This document shows, piece after piece, positions 21,550 to 32,432 of a stretch of 53,260 bases of DNA (position 1 is its first letter; each line of letters begins with the position of its first letter). Source of the stretch: Octopus bimaculoides (lineage: Eukaryota); contig NC_068989.1 of NCBI RefSeq assembly GCF_001194135.2, positions 29,361,647-29,414,906 on the forward strand, read 5' to 3'. The position numbers were made by a program, and so were the translations under genes. The notes below the pieces were generated by a model, which searched no databases, had not been told where the DNA came from, and saw nothing but the letters and a program-made list of their open reading frames with translations.

Positions 21550-23972
21550 TATGGCCACGATACTGTAAAGTCATGGAAATTTGAAGCTCCGTAAGTTGGA
21601 ATAGTGTTTGTAATCTTTTCAGCCTTCTNNNNNNNNNNNNNNNNNNNNNNNNNNNNNNNNNNNNNNNNNNNNNNNNNNNNNNNNNNNNNNNNNNNNNNNN
21701 NNNNNNNNNNNNNNNTTTTTGGATTCTAACTACTTTTGGCAAAAGCAAATATTTTGCAATTTTCTCTAATTATTTAAAGATGGCTGATAAAGAAACCATC
21801 ATAATGTTTTATAATGGGACACATTCCTTGTCAGAGAAAAATGAGAACAGAGACGTAGAATGGCCTACACTTGGCAAATGTGTCACCGAGGCAAATACTG
21901 TTTCGTCTCTAAGCAACATCAAAACTTCCGGTGACAATGATGACAAAAACAACAGTAATAGCAGCTGCAGTGACAACAACAACAACAACAACGATACTAA
22001 AGAAGTAAAGCTTACAAACACGAACACCACCACTGCCACCACCACCAAAACTGCCTCTTCTGCAATTTCTTTTGTGATTGCTGCAAAAAATTTGGAGGAT
22101 TTCCACATAGATGAAGAAGATTTTAAAATGGCATGGAAAATTGTTAAAAGGAATAGAAGGGTAACCCTAAACCCTCCATCTGATGTAATAGAGAATATTT
22201 TGAGATGCACAGTCACATACTGCTGCATTGGAGTTAAATGATGCCAGGTGGAAAATGGTCCTAAGAGCGAAATACAAAAATGCCTTGGGCGCATGTGGGA
22301 ACAGAAGACTCACATCACCTGGGAAAAGAAGTTTGGAACTATTGAGATGATATTTGGGACAGAAGAAGAAACCAGTTATCATTCCAGGAATGAAAACTTC
22401 TTCTTAACCCCCAGCTATCATGGCCAATGCCTTGCTAAAGTTAGGGCATTGAATGTGCCACCAGAAATATCCATCACCTGGTTAGTGGCAACCACCTCAC
22501 CAGGTTTAGAAGACAAAGTAACAATCTTGGAGGTCAAGAAAATACCTAAGTAAAACTGGTCAGGTATAGGTATGGAACTGACCTTACAATGAAAGCAAGA
22601 CCATATCGACCAGCTGCCCTATCTAATCAATCTCTTGAATGGTACTCACCTGTCAGTATTAGTGGAGGATAGAAAGCCAAGATACTACAAATGTGGATCT
22701 GTGATTCACTTAAAGGCTTTCTGCCCTGAAACAAGAAAAACTAAACTCCCACTGCTGCCAATACTACAAACACCACAAATGCAAAATCATGAAGAAGTGC
22801 TCAAGATTCCTACACCCACACCCACATCCACTCCCAAACCAAGACAAAGAAGGAGTCTACCCCCAGTTGTCATGGAAAAGTAAGCTTCTCCTGAATGCTC
22901 TATCTTCCAAACCAACATCAACTGCAATGACATGGAGAAAGAAGAGCTGAACAAAAAAGGGGGCAGGCAAAAGAGGAGGAGAATACATGGTCCTACTCCA
23001 AGACTTCAACAAAAAGATACATAGGAACAACAGCTACAACACAATTCACAACCACTCCAATAAAAACAATAATGACAAGAACAATACCTTCAAAAACAAC
23101 AATAACAACAACAGCATGAAATCACAGAAACACAGACACAAGCAATTATGGAACTTCAAAAACAAGAATATTCATCAGTCTGTAAACGAAGTGTATCCAT
23201 CAATTTCCCTGTTGTGAACAAGTGCAATAGTGAATTGATAGATTTTGTAAGTCAAAACAAAAACAAAATAGTGACAGAGGAAAATGAATTTGAGGATGTC
23301 ATTCTCAAAACCCCAAAGGACAGATTTTTATTAGGTTGAGGAAAAAGTTTGTGTGCTGTGTTAAAATAATTCGTTTTTATATATTTTTGTGGTGTGTGTG
23401 TTCATTCAGTTCATTATTTTAACATGGTGCACAAACTTTTTCCTCAACCTAGTAATTAAAATGTCGTCAGACGTTTATAAAATTATAAGGGAAAAGTTCC
23501 CATGTAGTGTGGGGATTTTTCAAAAATCAGTTGATAAAAGGCTGTTGGAAGGGCCTTTTAAAAAATTTTCACCAGTAGAGAAGCGTAGATCTTCTGGACT
23601 TCTTGAAAATCAAGGTGAGTAACCTCCTCTTTTTGTTTCTCCGACTAGCATGACCGTGTTGAGAATGGGGTGTGTGAATGTGCTTGGTCTGGGATCAGCT
23701 TGGAAGCAAAGTCACTTGCTCAATGATCTCAGGTTGCTTGATTTAGATGTGGCTGCCATTAGGGAAACAAGGATCTCTGGAAAACACACTCTAGCATCCA
23801 TTTTCAAGGACTATGAGGTAATTTCATCTTATGGTCTATCAGGAGCAAGTGGCAGTGTAACAGTGCTACTCCAGAAATCCTTAGATCTCCAAGTATGAGC
23901 TATCTCCCTGGACCCAGATGGTAGGGTGGTGGTCCTGGATGTGAATGGCAGCAAAGGTGGTGCCTTTAGATT

Positions 23973-24599
23973 TGTAAAAATTAACACTTCCTTCTCCAAG
24001 CCTAGATTCGAAACCGAATCTAAGAATTCTCGGTCGTCCAAACCACCTCGATCAACGGGCGCGAAAAGCAGGTTTTCTTTGTCCTGTCAAAAAGTGATTG
24101 ATCATCTCCCTTTAACCTTCGACCTCATAGATGTCAGGCGAAGTTCAACTGGACAGCAACTGGCCTACTAAGGTACTAAGCCTGCTGCAGTATGTCTGTC
24201 CTTCTAGCTGCCACGATTCTTATAAATAGAGTGGTCAACAAGACAGACACAGACAGACGGAGACTGTGATGCGCGCAGACTGAACCAGAACTCTGCTACT
24301 ACCAAGACAGAGATCTTTTGCCGGGCCAAGCAAGATGAAAGAACGAACACACACTCACACATGAACATATCTAGTCTTAGGGTACATCAACTCCAGATGT
24401 ATCCTGGTTCCATCATTTTTCTAGCAACTCGAAGCAAGTTGCCAAAATTGAATGTAGTGGCAAATATTATTTATTAACACCAGCAAATAAAAAAATCTTA
24501 TAGTTAAACCAGTTATCACTTTGTCATTTCACAGGCAAACACATGCCTATCGCACCGACACTAAACAAAAACATACCACATTTTGGTGACTCCACTACA
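23973..24599 (+). mobile_element. Solo LTR (627 bp) inserted in the L1/Tx1 endonuclease
   Basis: TGTA...TACA termini, 4-bp TSD GATT/GACT, TATAAATA at 24221-24228 and AATAAA at 24486-24491; removal restores GAFRLLVVYTPTGARRPDF in frame. Confidence 0.85.
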
Positions 24600-26329
24600 G
24601 ACTGCTGGTGGTTTATACCCCAACAGGGGCTAGAAGGCCAGATTTCTTCAGACATTTAGAAACATTCTTGGGAACATCTGATACTTTAGTATTAGTGGGG
24701 GACTGGAATAGGAAATGTACAAAACTGGCTACATACAAAACTGTGTGGGTTTTGTACATAGCAGAAGTGGGTGTAAAAGCCTCGAAAACCTGCTTAGGAC
24801 TTTCCAGCTTTCTGACAGATACTGACTGGATTTCCATGATGTGCCAATATGGACATAGAGCAACCACAATGGGTCATCCAGATCATGTTTAGATAGAGTA
24901 TTTGTTAGGTCAGAGGATAGGGATAGCGTAGATTGCCCACGATTTAAATTGGTCAGCTACACAGATCACAAATTTGTGATATGCACACTCAATTTAGATA
25001 GGATCTATAGACAGGTACCTGGTTACTGGAAGTTGAATGCATCCTTACTGGCTCACAAAGAAGACTACAGGGACTGGATTAGTGAACTAGTTAAGCGGCA
25101 GTTGACAGGAGCAATTGTTAACAACCAGTTGTGGATTGCTTTGAAGAGAGCAATTAGAGTAGAATTGATAGCGTTTAGCAAAGATTTAGCAATAGAAAGA
25201 AATAGATTAGAAGGAGAACTAGTTAGCAAACTAGAAGAGGCTATTAGTAAAGGCATCACAACTGATGTGTTAGCAGCAAGAATGGCCCTTGACCATTTCT
25301 TTGAGGTGAAACATGAAAGGTGCTTTGTCAGAGCTAAGGCCCATGTGCTAAAACGCAAAGGAACTAAAGCCATCTGATGGACCCAAACGGTAGAGATGTG
25401 TCATGGAAACAAAATCACGATCAAGTCTTTGATGGATCAGGACAGGCGTGTACTACTTGGTTCTGAGCAGATGTGTGCAGCTTTCCAGCAGCACTCTGTG
25501 TGGCTATTTGGGGAGGGTGATGGGTTGGCAATGGTAGTGGACTTTACTTCGTATTTGGATGGCCTACCACAGCTCTCAATAATGGATGCAAGATTCTGCA
25601 AAAAGCTAATTACAGCCACTGAAATACAGGAGGTGATGAGTGATTGCACAAGTCACAAATTGCCTGGTTTGGATGGTCTGCCATATGAATTTTATGTATT
25701 TATGCCAGATTTGTTTGGCAGCCTCTTGACAAATGTCTACAGTAACTGGCAGCAGAATGGGAGAATTCCTAGTGCTGTTAGCCAAGGTGTGGTAACACTG
25801 CTCAGAAAAGATGCTGACAGTGGAGACGTGCTAGGGAATTTTCAGCCCATAACTCTGCTAAACACGGAGTTTAAGATTCTGGTCAAGGTGTTAGCGAGAA
25901 GGTTGGTGCTTATCATCAGTAGCTGGTTGGGGAGGCACAAACGTGCACGATCCTGAGCAGGTCTATCTACAACAACCTCCACCTTATGCAATACATGTTA
26001 AAGAGAACAGGGACTAAAGATGGCTTTGTTGGGGTACCTGATCAATTTAGATCAGTCAAAAGCTTTCAATAGGGTCAACCATTGCTACTTAGAAGCTACT
26101 ATTCTATATTTTTAAGACGAGGAATTATGTACATTATTTACAACGGATGGATAGGTGTCTTCATCTTGTTTGTTGTTATCACAAATTTTTGGCTGATGTA
26201 TTCTCCAGCCTTCATCAGGTGTTCTGGTGGAATTTCGAACCCAACCCTTTATTTGACTAATGGGGTACAGTTCTCATTCTTAAGGTATGTTGCTGATGTT
26301 ATTTTTCTGTTGATATTATTTTTCATGTC

Positions 26330-26398
26330 CATGCCTGGGATTGAACTTAAAATCTGAAGCTTAGTAGCCCATGCTCTTATTCACTATGCTATATGCCC
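26330..26398 (-). ncRNA. tRNA-like Pol III head inside the PLE-2 terminal arm
   Basis: GGGCATA-TAGCATAGTGA (A-box-like)...CTACTAA loop...GTTCAATCC (B-box), starting 30 nt after the GIY-YIG stop; imperfect cloverleaf, not a functional tRNA. Confidence 0.6.
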
Positions 26399-27354
26399 GT
26401 GGGCAATTATAGAGTGAATTTTTAGGGCTTATAAACCTAGTATTTTATCTTTTCTTAATACTGGTTTCCATATTACATTCATATCAGCACTGGGTCTGCT
26501 TAGGAGGTTATTGTGCTCTAGCATATGTGCAGCCACTTTTAATTTTCGTATTTTACAGTGGTATCCTCTGTCAATTATTTTAACTTCATCCCACAGCAAG
26601 AGGTGGTCTCTGTTTTTCCATACACAATCGGCTATACCCGATTTTTCAACATTCCCTTGTGTCACAGCTTTATGATGTTCCTTTACCCTTACTTTAAGTG
26701 GGTGGCATGTTTTGTCTTTGTATAACCTACCACAACTGCATGGGATAGAGTACATGCAGGTTTTGGTCATATTCTCTTCTATGGGTGGTTTTACTCGAAG
26801 TTATTTGTGAAGTACTGTATTACTTCTGAATACTGTGCTGATGTCATATGGACCACATATCTTTTGTATCTTTACCGAGAGGCCTTTAAGATAGGGTAGA
26901 CTGTGCTCAGTATATGGGTTTCACCCTCTCTCCTAATTGGAATGGATAGTATGTTCTTTGTAGTTGTTGGATACTGGATTGCTTCTTAGCCTGATCATTT
27001 CTTCCTGGTGTGTATCAGGATCACTACTTATAGTCTTTGCTCAATATTTTAGGCACTGAGAAGTCCCTCTCTTTATACTGTATGGATGGTGGGAATTGTC
27101 CAGTGAAGGTTGGCTTGTGGTATATAGATGTCCTGAACCCATACTCAGCATGTGTTATTAATATGTCCAGGAATGCCAGCTGGCTACTAAACCTCAAATA
27201 AGAACATGGGCTACTAACCCTCAGATTCTAAGGTCAGTCCTAGGCAGGGACTTGAAAAATAATATCAACAGAAAAATAGCATCAGCAACATACCTTAGGA
27301 ATGAGAACAGTGTACCCCATTAGTCAAATAAAGGGTTGGGTTCGAAATTTCACC

Positions 27355-27402
27355 AGAATACCTGATGAAGGCTGGAGAGTACATCAGCTGAAACATGATA
27401 AC
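27355..27402 (+). ncRNA. Minimal hammerhead ribozyme motif (decayed) in PLE-2 inverted arm; second copy at about 26180-26222 on the minus strand
   Basis: CTGATGA (27362-27368) A GGCTG-gagagtacat-CAGCT GAAAC (27390-27394) AT; the expected ACGT stem III palindrome reads ACAT (CpG-type decay). Confidence 0.6.
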
Positions 27403-27641
27403 AACAAATAAGGTGAGGACACCTATCTGTCCATTGTAAATAATGTACTTAGAAGCTGTCCTTAAAGCAACTGGTTTTGGACCTGTTTTCAGAGGCTGGA
27501 TTGCTGCAATGCACAGCAGCAGCTGCTCAGTGGTCAAAGTAAAGGGCTACATATCGGAACTGTCACATGTCACCTCTTCTGTATATGTTGCAATATTTGT
27601 TCTGGCTCTGCTTTCTAAGTTCAAATCCTGTTCTAGCATAC

Positions 27642-27780
27642 TTTGGGGGTAAACTTAATCCATTGACTAGTTTAACACTACCACTTGGTACTTTGAGTGC
27701 ATGTAGCAGAGCTTTCTCTTTTGTAAGCATTTGGATAAGGTCTCCCCTCCCCTCCACTAATCTTTTCCCCTTTTCAGCAT
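27642..27780 (-). CDS. Candidate internal coding exon (DAEKGKRLVEGRGDLIQMLTKEKALLHALKVPSGSVKLVNGLSLPP)
   Basis: Acceptor ttttggttttgttatattag, donor AA|GTATGC, open frame; but the plus strand is also open with usable splice sites (27637-27722), so the strand is unresolved. Confidence 0.3.
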
Positions 27781-27998
27781 CTAATATAACAAAACCAAAA
27801 ATTTTGAAAAAACAGTTTTGACTATGAATTAATTAGCCATCTTAATAGACCTTCCTAACATTTTAAATGTTTGTAACTATTTGAAAGCAAATTAATGTAA
27901 TATGTGTTTGGCAATATTTGTGGTTAGTTTTGAATTTTAGATAACAAATGCTAAAAGTTTGTTTTCATGAGAAGAATATTCAGGTTAAGTCCCTTCAA

Positions 27999-28222
27999 CC
28001 CTTTAACATTCAGATTATTCTCTCAAATCTAATGTTTTCTTATTTACATTGTTTTAAATTAATCATGCATTGTCTCATAACTTCAAAATTTTGAAGATGT
28101 GATTGTATATTCTTAGAATGACATTGAAGGGTAAGTGTGCTAGGCTGGATTTGATTGGTCTGAACATAAAATAGATAGCAAGCATATTTGAACCAGATAT
28201 AGCCAGTTTAAATGCTAAAGGG
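27999..28222 (-). mobile_element. piggyBac-type MITE, older copy
   Basis: CCCTTT...AAAGGG ends; reverse complement of 42577-42793; TTAA sites degenerate. Confidence 0.6.
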
Positions 28223-28719
28223 TTTTTATGTCATTGGGCAATTTGATCTAGTTTACTAATTTTAGTAATTAGTTACCCACAAGTAAATGGCATCAATAAG
28301 GGATAAAAAGAAACAAGAACATTCCATAACCTATAGACTTCATTAATCTATAGACTTCATTAAAATGTAGACTTTCTGTAGGAATATTTAGAACGGGTAT
28401 TTCCAAATATTTTTCATTCTATTTATGATATCCCGAAACTACCAACTTTTTGAAAATAAGTTTGCCTCTACACTATAATTTGAGTTTACACTTCTTAAAC
28501 AACTGAGAGAAAATAAATTCAAAATACTTGTTTTAAGTTTAAATGATAATAATACAAGTATCAGTCTTTTGAATTAGATGAACTCTGTTAGAAACGCAAT
28601 AATCATGAAGTGTATAATTGTCTTTAACTCCAAAATGGTAAAAAGGAAAATGATTAGTAATTTTCTCACAAAGTAGGTGTACTTCAAATTTTCTTTCCGA
28701 CTTCTGATTATAAGAAGTA

Positions 28720-28891
28720 AGGAGTGGCTATGTGGTATGTAGCTTGCTTACTAACCACATGGTTCTGGGTTCAGTCCTACTGTGTGACACCTTGGGAAAG
28801 TGTCTTCTATTATAACCTCGAGCTGGCCAAAGCCTTATGAGTGGAATTGGTTGATAGAAAGAAGCCCGTTGTATATATGTATATATATATA
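28720..28891 (+). mobile_element. SINE family A, 5' half running into an N-gap
   Basis: ggagtggctatgtggtatgtagcttgcttactaaccacatggttctgggttcagtcc head. Confidence 0.85.
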
Positions 28892-28967
28892 NNNNNNNNN
28901 NNNNNNNNNNNNNNNNNNNNNNNNNNNNNNNNNNNNNNNNNNNNNNNATATACATAGATATATATAT

Positions 28968-30594
28968 AATAAAAATAAATTAAATATAGAGATATTCTAT
29001 TGACAATCCAATAATTTATTTATATTACAATATTACATTAAATACTATGAATATAATATATAACATAGCATAATATTATATAAATAATTATAAAAATCAT
29101 AAAAGACTAACAAATTGTTTCAACTTATATATATTTTTTTTCTGATTTACTTAATCACAGTTCCATTACATAAAAGTCTCAAAAGGGTCCTTGGTTTCAG
29201 AAAGATGAAATCCCATGTGAAAGGATGGCTGGATTGTAAAAATTAATTCAAATGTCTGTGTTATGAGTGTGAGCGTTGACTATTCAATCTGACATCAATT
29301 ACAATTAAAAAACAACAAAAACACTTTAATGGACAATACAATCAAGTAAGTGCAATCCACAACTATCGAAATTCACTTCATTATATCTCAAACACATACC
29401 AATTGAAACCTTTTGATGTCTAAGAAGATAGTCTCTTGTCATCACAACATACAATGATAATATGTGTATATAAATGTATACAATTAAGTATCTAAGTCTT
29501 CTCCTATGTGTAACTGCAACAGAAAATATATAAGCAATTACATCTTCTCCTCCGAGAAATTAATAAATATAGATTATTATTAGTTAATTTAAACAATAAT
29601 TTTTTTTATACCAACTAATTTAAATAGATAAAAGAGTTGTATTGAAGATGTAATTCTTTACTCTTTACTCTTTTACTTGTTTCAGTCATTTGATTGCTGC
29701 CATGCTGGAGCACCGCCTTTAGTCGAACAAATCGACCCCAGGACTTATTCTTTGTAAGCCTAGTACTTATTCTATCAGTCTGTTTTGCTGAATTGCTAAG
29801 TTACGAGGGATGTAAACACACCACCATCGGTTGTCAAGTGATGTTGGGGCACAAACACAGATACACAAACATATACACACACATACATATATATATACAT
29901 ATATATGACGGGCTTCTTTCAGTTGGCCCAAGGCTATAATGGAAGACACTTGCCCAAGGTGCCACGCAGTGGGAATGAACCCGGAACCATGTGGTTAGTA
30001 AGCAAGCCTCTTACTACACAGCCACTCCTGCGCCTATATATTTTTATATGTTTTTTGTTGCAGTTACATGTAGAAGATGTAGATACTTAATTATATACAT
30101 TTATATGCACAAATATTATTATTATATGTTATGATGACAAGAGACTATCTTGGACATGAAAGGGTTTCAATTGGTATGTGTTTGAGATATAATGAAGTGA
30201 ATTTTGATGGTTGTGGATTGCACTTACTTGACTGTATCGTCCATTAAAGTGTTTTTGTTGTTTTTTAATTGTAATTGATGTCAGATTGAATAGTCAATGC
30301 TCACGCTCATAACACAGACGTTTGAATTAATTTTTACAATCCAGCCATCTTTTCAAATGGGATTTCATCTTTCTGAAACCAAGGACTTATATATAATGGA
30401 ACTGTGATTATATAAATCGGAAAAAAAATATATATAAATTGAAACAATTTGTTGGCCTTTTACAGTTTTTATAATTATTTATATAATATTATGTTATGTT
30501 ATATATTATATTCATAGTATTTAATGTAATATTGTAATATAAATAAATCATTGGATTGTCAATAGAATATCTCTATATTTAATTTATCTTTATT
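28968..30594. mobile_element. AT-rich foldback element, arms of about 580 bp, loop of about 95 bp, with a SINE in the right arm
   Basis: 28968-29547 is the reverse complement of 29643-29654 plus 30043-30594 (e.g. ccttggtttcagaaagatgaaatccc / gggatttcatctttctgaaaccaagg). Confidence 0.85.
29656..30034 (-). mobile_element. SINE family A with internal deletion
   Basis: Head ggcgcaggagtggctgtgtagtaag at 30034, tail gactgaaacaagtaaaagagtaaagag at 29656. Confidence 0.9.
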
Positions 30595-30730
30595 ATTGAA
30601 TTATATCAATATTTATATGGTATCCAACTGAAGTACCAGTGAATTGGATGTTTCACACACCCCTTTGAAGGATTTCTTTTCCTCAGTTTGTTACTTTATA
30701 TATATATATACATGTGTGTGTATATGTTTG

Positions 30731-31489
30731 TGTTGTGTCCCGCATTATAATGACTACTTTGTCATCTGCGTGACTGGCCCGAACGGCGTACCTTGCTGTC
30801 TGACTCCAGTCATTGTGTCTGTCCACTATTTATTTGTGGTGGAACAACCCACTTCTCTCACTCAGGGTATCCTCCATAACACCTTCTCTTTTGAAATTGT
30901 TTTTTTCTTCCACACAGAATTTTTTTTTCCACAATGCCCCAGGTAGTAACAGTTCTCCATTCTTTACCAGTAGTGCTACTAACACATAGCAACCTGACTG
31001 AAATCCTTCAAACGGACTTATATTATTTTTTTTTTCTGTGTCCCACTGTTGTGGAGTGCATGAAATTAGAATCCTCATCACCATTGTTGTATTTTGTGAA
31101 ACCTTCATCGCCACTGTTATATCTTGCATGTGTTTGAAACCTTTGTCAACAGGATTTTTAATATTTTTCACTGTGTGTAGTTCGAATCCTTCTTCCACAG
31201 GATTTTTAATATTTTTCTCTGTGTGTAGTTCAAATCCTTCTTCAACAGGATTTAATATTTTTCACTGCATGTTGTTCAAATCTTCATCACCACTGTTGTG
31301 TCTTATGTTAGCAATTTCAAACATCCCTCGTCACCACTGTTATGTCCCGCATTATAATGACATACTTCATCATCTGCGTGACTGGCCCAAACGGCATGCC
31401 TCGCTGTCTGACTCCAGTCACTGCATCTGTCCACTATTTATTTGTGGTGGAACAGCCCACTTCTTTAATTCAGGGTGTCCTCCACAACA
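30731..31489 (-). mobile_element. Complete TRIM-like miniature LTR retroelement (759 bp)
   Basis: LTRs 30731-30881 (151 bp) and 31338-31489 (152 bp), TGTT...AACA ends, 16 substitutions plus 1 indel by manual alignment; TSD GTTTG (30726-30730, 31490-31494); PBS TGGTGACGAGGGATG after the right LTR; PPT AAAAGAGAAGG before the left LTR; no ORF. Confidence 0.9.
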
Positions 31490-31494
31490 GTTTG

Positions 31495-31926
31495 GCACAA
31501 GGCCAGCAATTTTGGGAGAGGGGTAAGTCAACTACATTGACTTCAGTATTGACTAGTACTTTATTTTATTGACCCTGAGAGGCTGAAAGGCAAAGTTGAC
31601 CTTAGCAGTATTTGAATTCAGAACATAAAGACTCAGATGTGCCATTAAGCATTTTGTCTGGCACACTAATAATATTCTGCCAGTTCACTGCCTTTATCCC
31701 AATATTAATAATGGTTTCAAACTTTGCCACAAGGGCAGCCATTTTGGGGAAGGAGATGACTTGATTACATCGACCCAGTGTTTCACTGGTACTTATTTTA
31801 TCAACTCCAAAAGGATGAAAGACAAAGTCAACCTCAGCAGAATTTGAACTCAGAACGCAAAAACAGACAAAAATACCACTAAGCATTTCACTTGGTATGC
31901 TAACAATTCTGCCAGCTCGCCGCCTT
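31495..31926 (-). mobile_element. Two head-to-tail copies of SINE family B
   Basis: Copies at about 31495-31693 and 31705-31926, each with aaggc(a/g)g(t/c)ga(a/g)ctggcagaa head and central cctttcatcc-type domain. Confidence 0.8.
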
Positions 31927-31939
31927 AATAATGATAATA

Positions 31940-32240
31940 AACCCTCTTAAGTATGAAATAGCGTGGCTATGGAAAATGAAGGTGAAGTTAGTGCCAATTA
32001 TTGTTGGGTCCTTGGGAACAGTATCAGAAGGCATCAGGGGGAATATAAAAGAAATTGGAATAGAGTGCAAAGTAGAACTGTTACAAAAGGTTTGCCTACT
32101 TAGCATGGCCAGAATAATCAGGAAAATATTAAATAGCTGAATAGAATGGATAGCATGATACTGTAGGCTGCATGTAGGAAGCCTGCTATGCATGCAAAAC
32201 TTCAGGAGCTCCAACAAAATCTGTGATAAAGAGAAATAAT
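31940..32240 (+). mobile_element. 3' end of an R4/Dong/NeSL-type RLE retrotransposon
   Basis: PLKYEIAWLWKMKVKLVPIIVGSLGTVSEG...VELLQKVCLLSMARIIRKILNS* is the end of the restriction-like endonuclease domain; short UTR and (TAA) tail. Confidence 0.75.
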
Positions 32241-32432
32241 AATTTCTAACGGATCTTCACTGACATAGTGATATCTACAGATCAGAACATTGAATTAGAA
32301 AGTCAAAAGGTCTCAAAACCTGACATTTGAAGTGGAGTGTATTCATAGAGCCTCAATTATGTAGTAAGATTTTTGTTTACTGCATGAGTGCTGTCCATAT
32401 ACACTAACAAGGAAAATAAATATTCATTTTTC

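Larger units (their letters stand above)
26098..27445 (-). mobile_element. Penelope-like element PLE-2 (Poseidon-like), 5'-truncated with inverted terminal arms, nested in the L1/Tx1 RT
   Basis: 12-bp TSD TACTTAGAAGCT (26086-26097 and 27446-27457); LAFLDILIT...FRTSIYHKPTFTGQ thumb; GIY-YIG ORF 26429-26770 MYSIPCSCGRLY...PLKVRVKEH...EKSGIA...WDEVKII; arms 26129-26381 and 27197-27448 are inverted copies. Confidence 0.9.
21760..27590 (+). mobile_element. Degraded L1/Tx1-type LINE (ORF1 with zinc knuckle, ORF2 APE and RT), 3' part missing, two nested insertions
   Basis: ORF1 ...RKPRYYKCGSVIHLKAFCP (decayed CCHC); APE: GCVNVLGL, AAIRETR, DPDGRVVVLDV, VYTPT, LVGDWN, DRVFV, YTDHKFV, GYWKLNASLL; RT: PGLDGLPYEFY, NFQPITLLNTEFKIL, LDQSKAFNRVNHCYLEAVLKATGFG, SPLLY. 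Confidence 0.9.

Noticed and set aside
26330-26398. Functional tRNA gene
   Set aside because: Acceptor, anticodon and T stems pair poorly; treated as a tRNA-derived head
28330-28375. 17-bp tandem duplication ctatagacttcattaat
   Set aside because: Ordinary slippage duplication
29205-29270. Hammerhead in the 28968-30594 foldback arms
   Set aside because: No CTGANGA core; only partial GAAAC/AAACGTC resemblance without a supporting stem II
31149-31285. 48-bp repeats as a CRISPR array or tRNA genes
   Set aside because: Directly tandem with no unique spacers, eukaryotic context, and only a T-loop-like 10-mer with no cloverleaf; explained as TRIM internal units
30830-31526. ORFs of 122 and 162 aa over the TRIM
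   Set aside because: No gag/pol motifs; openness follows from the tandem repeats
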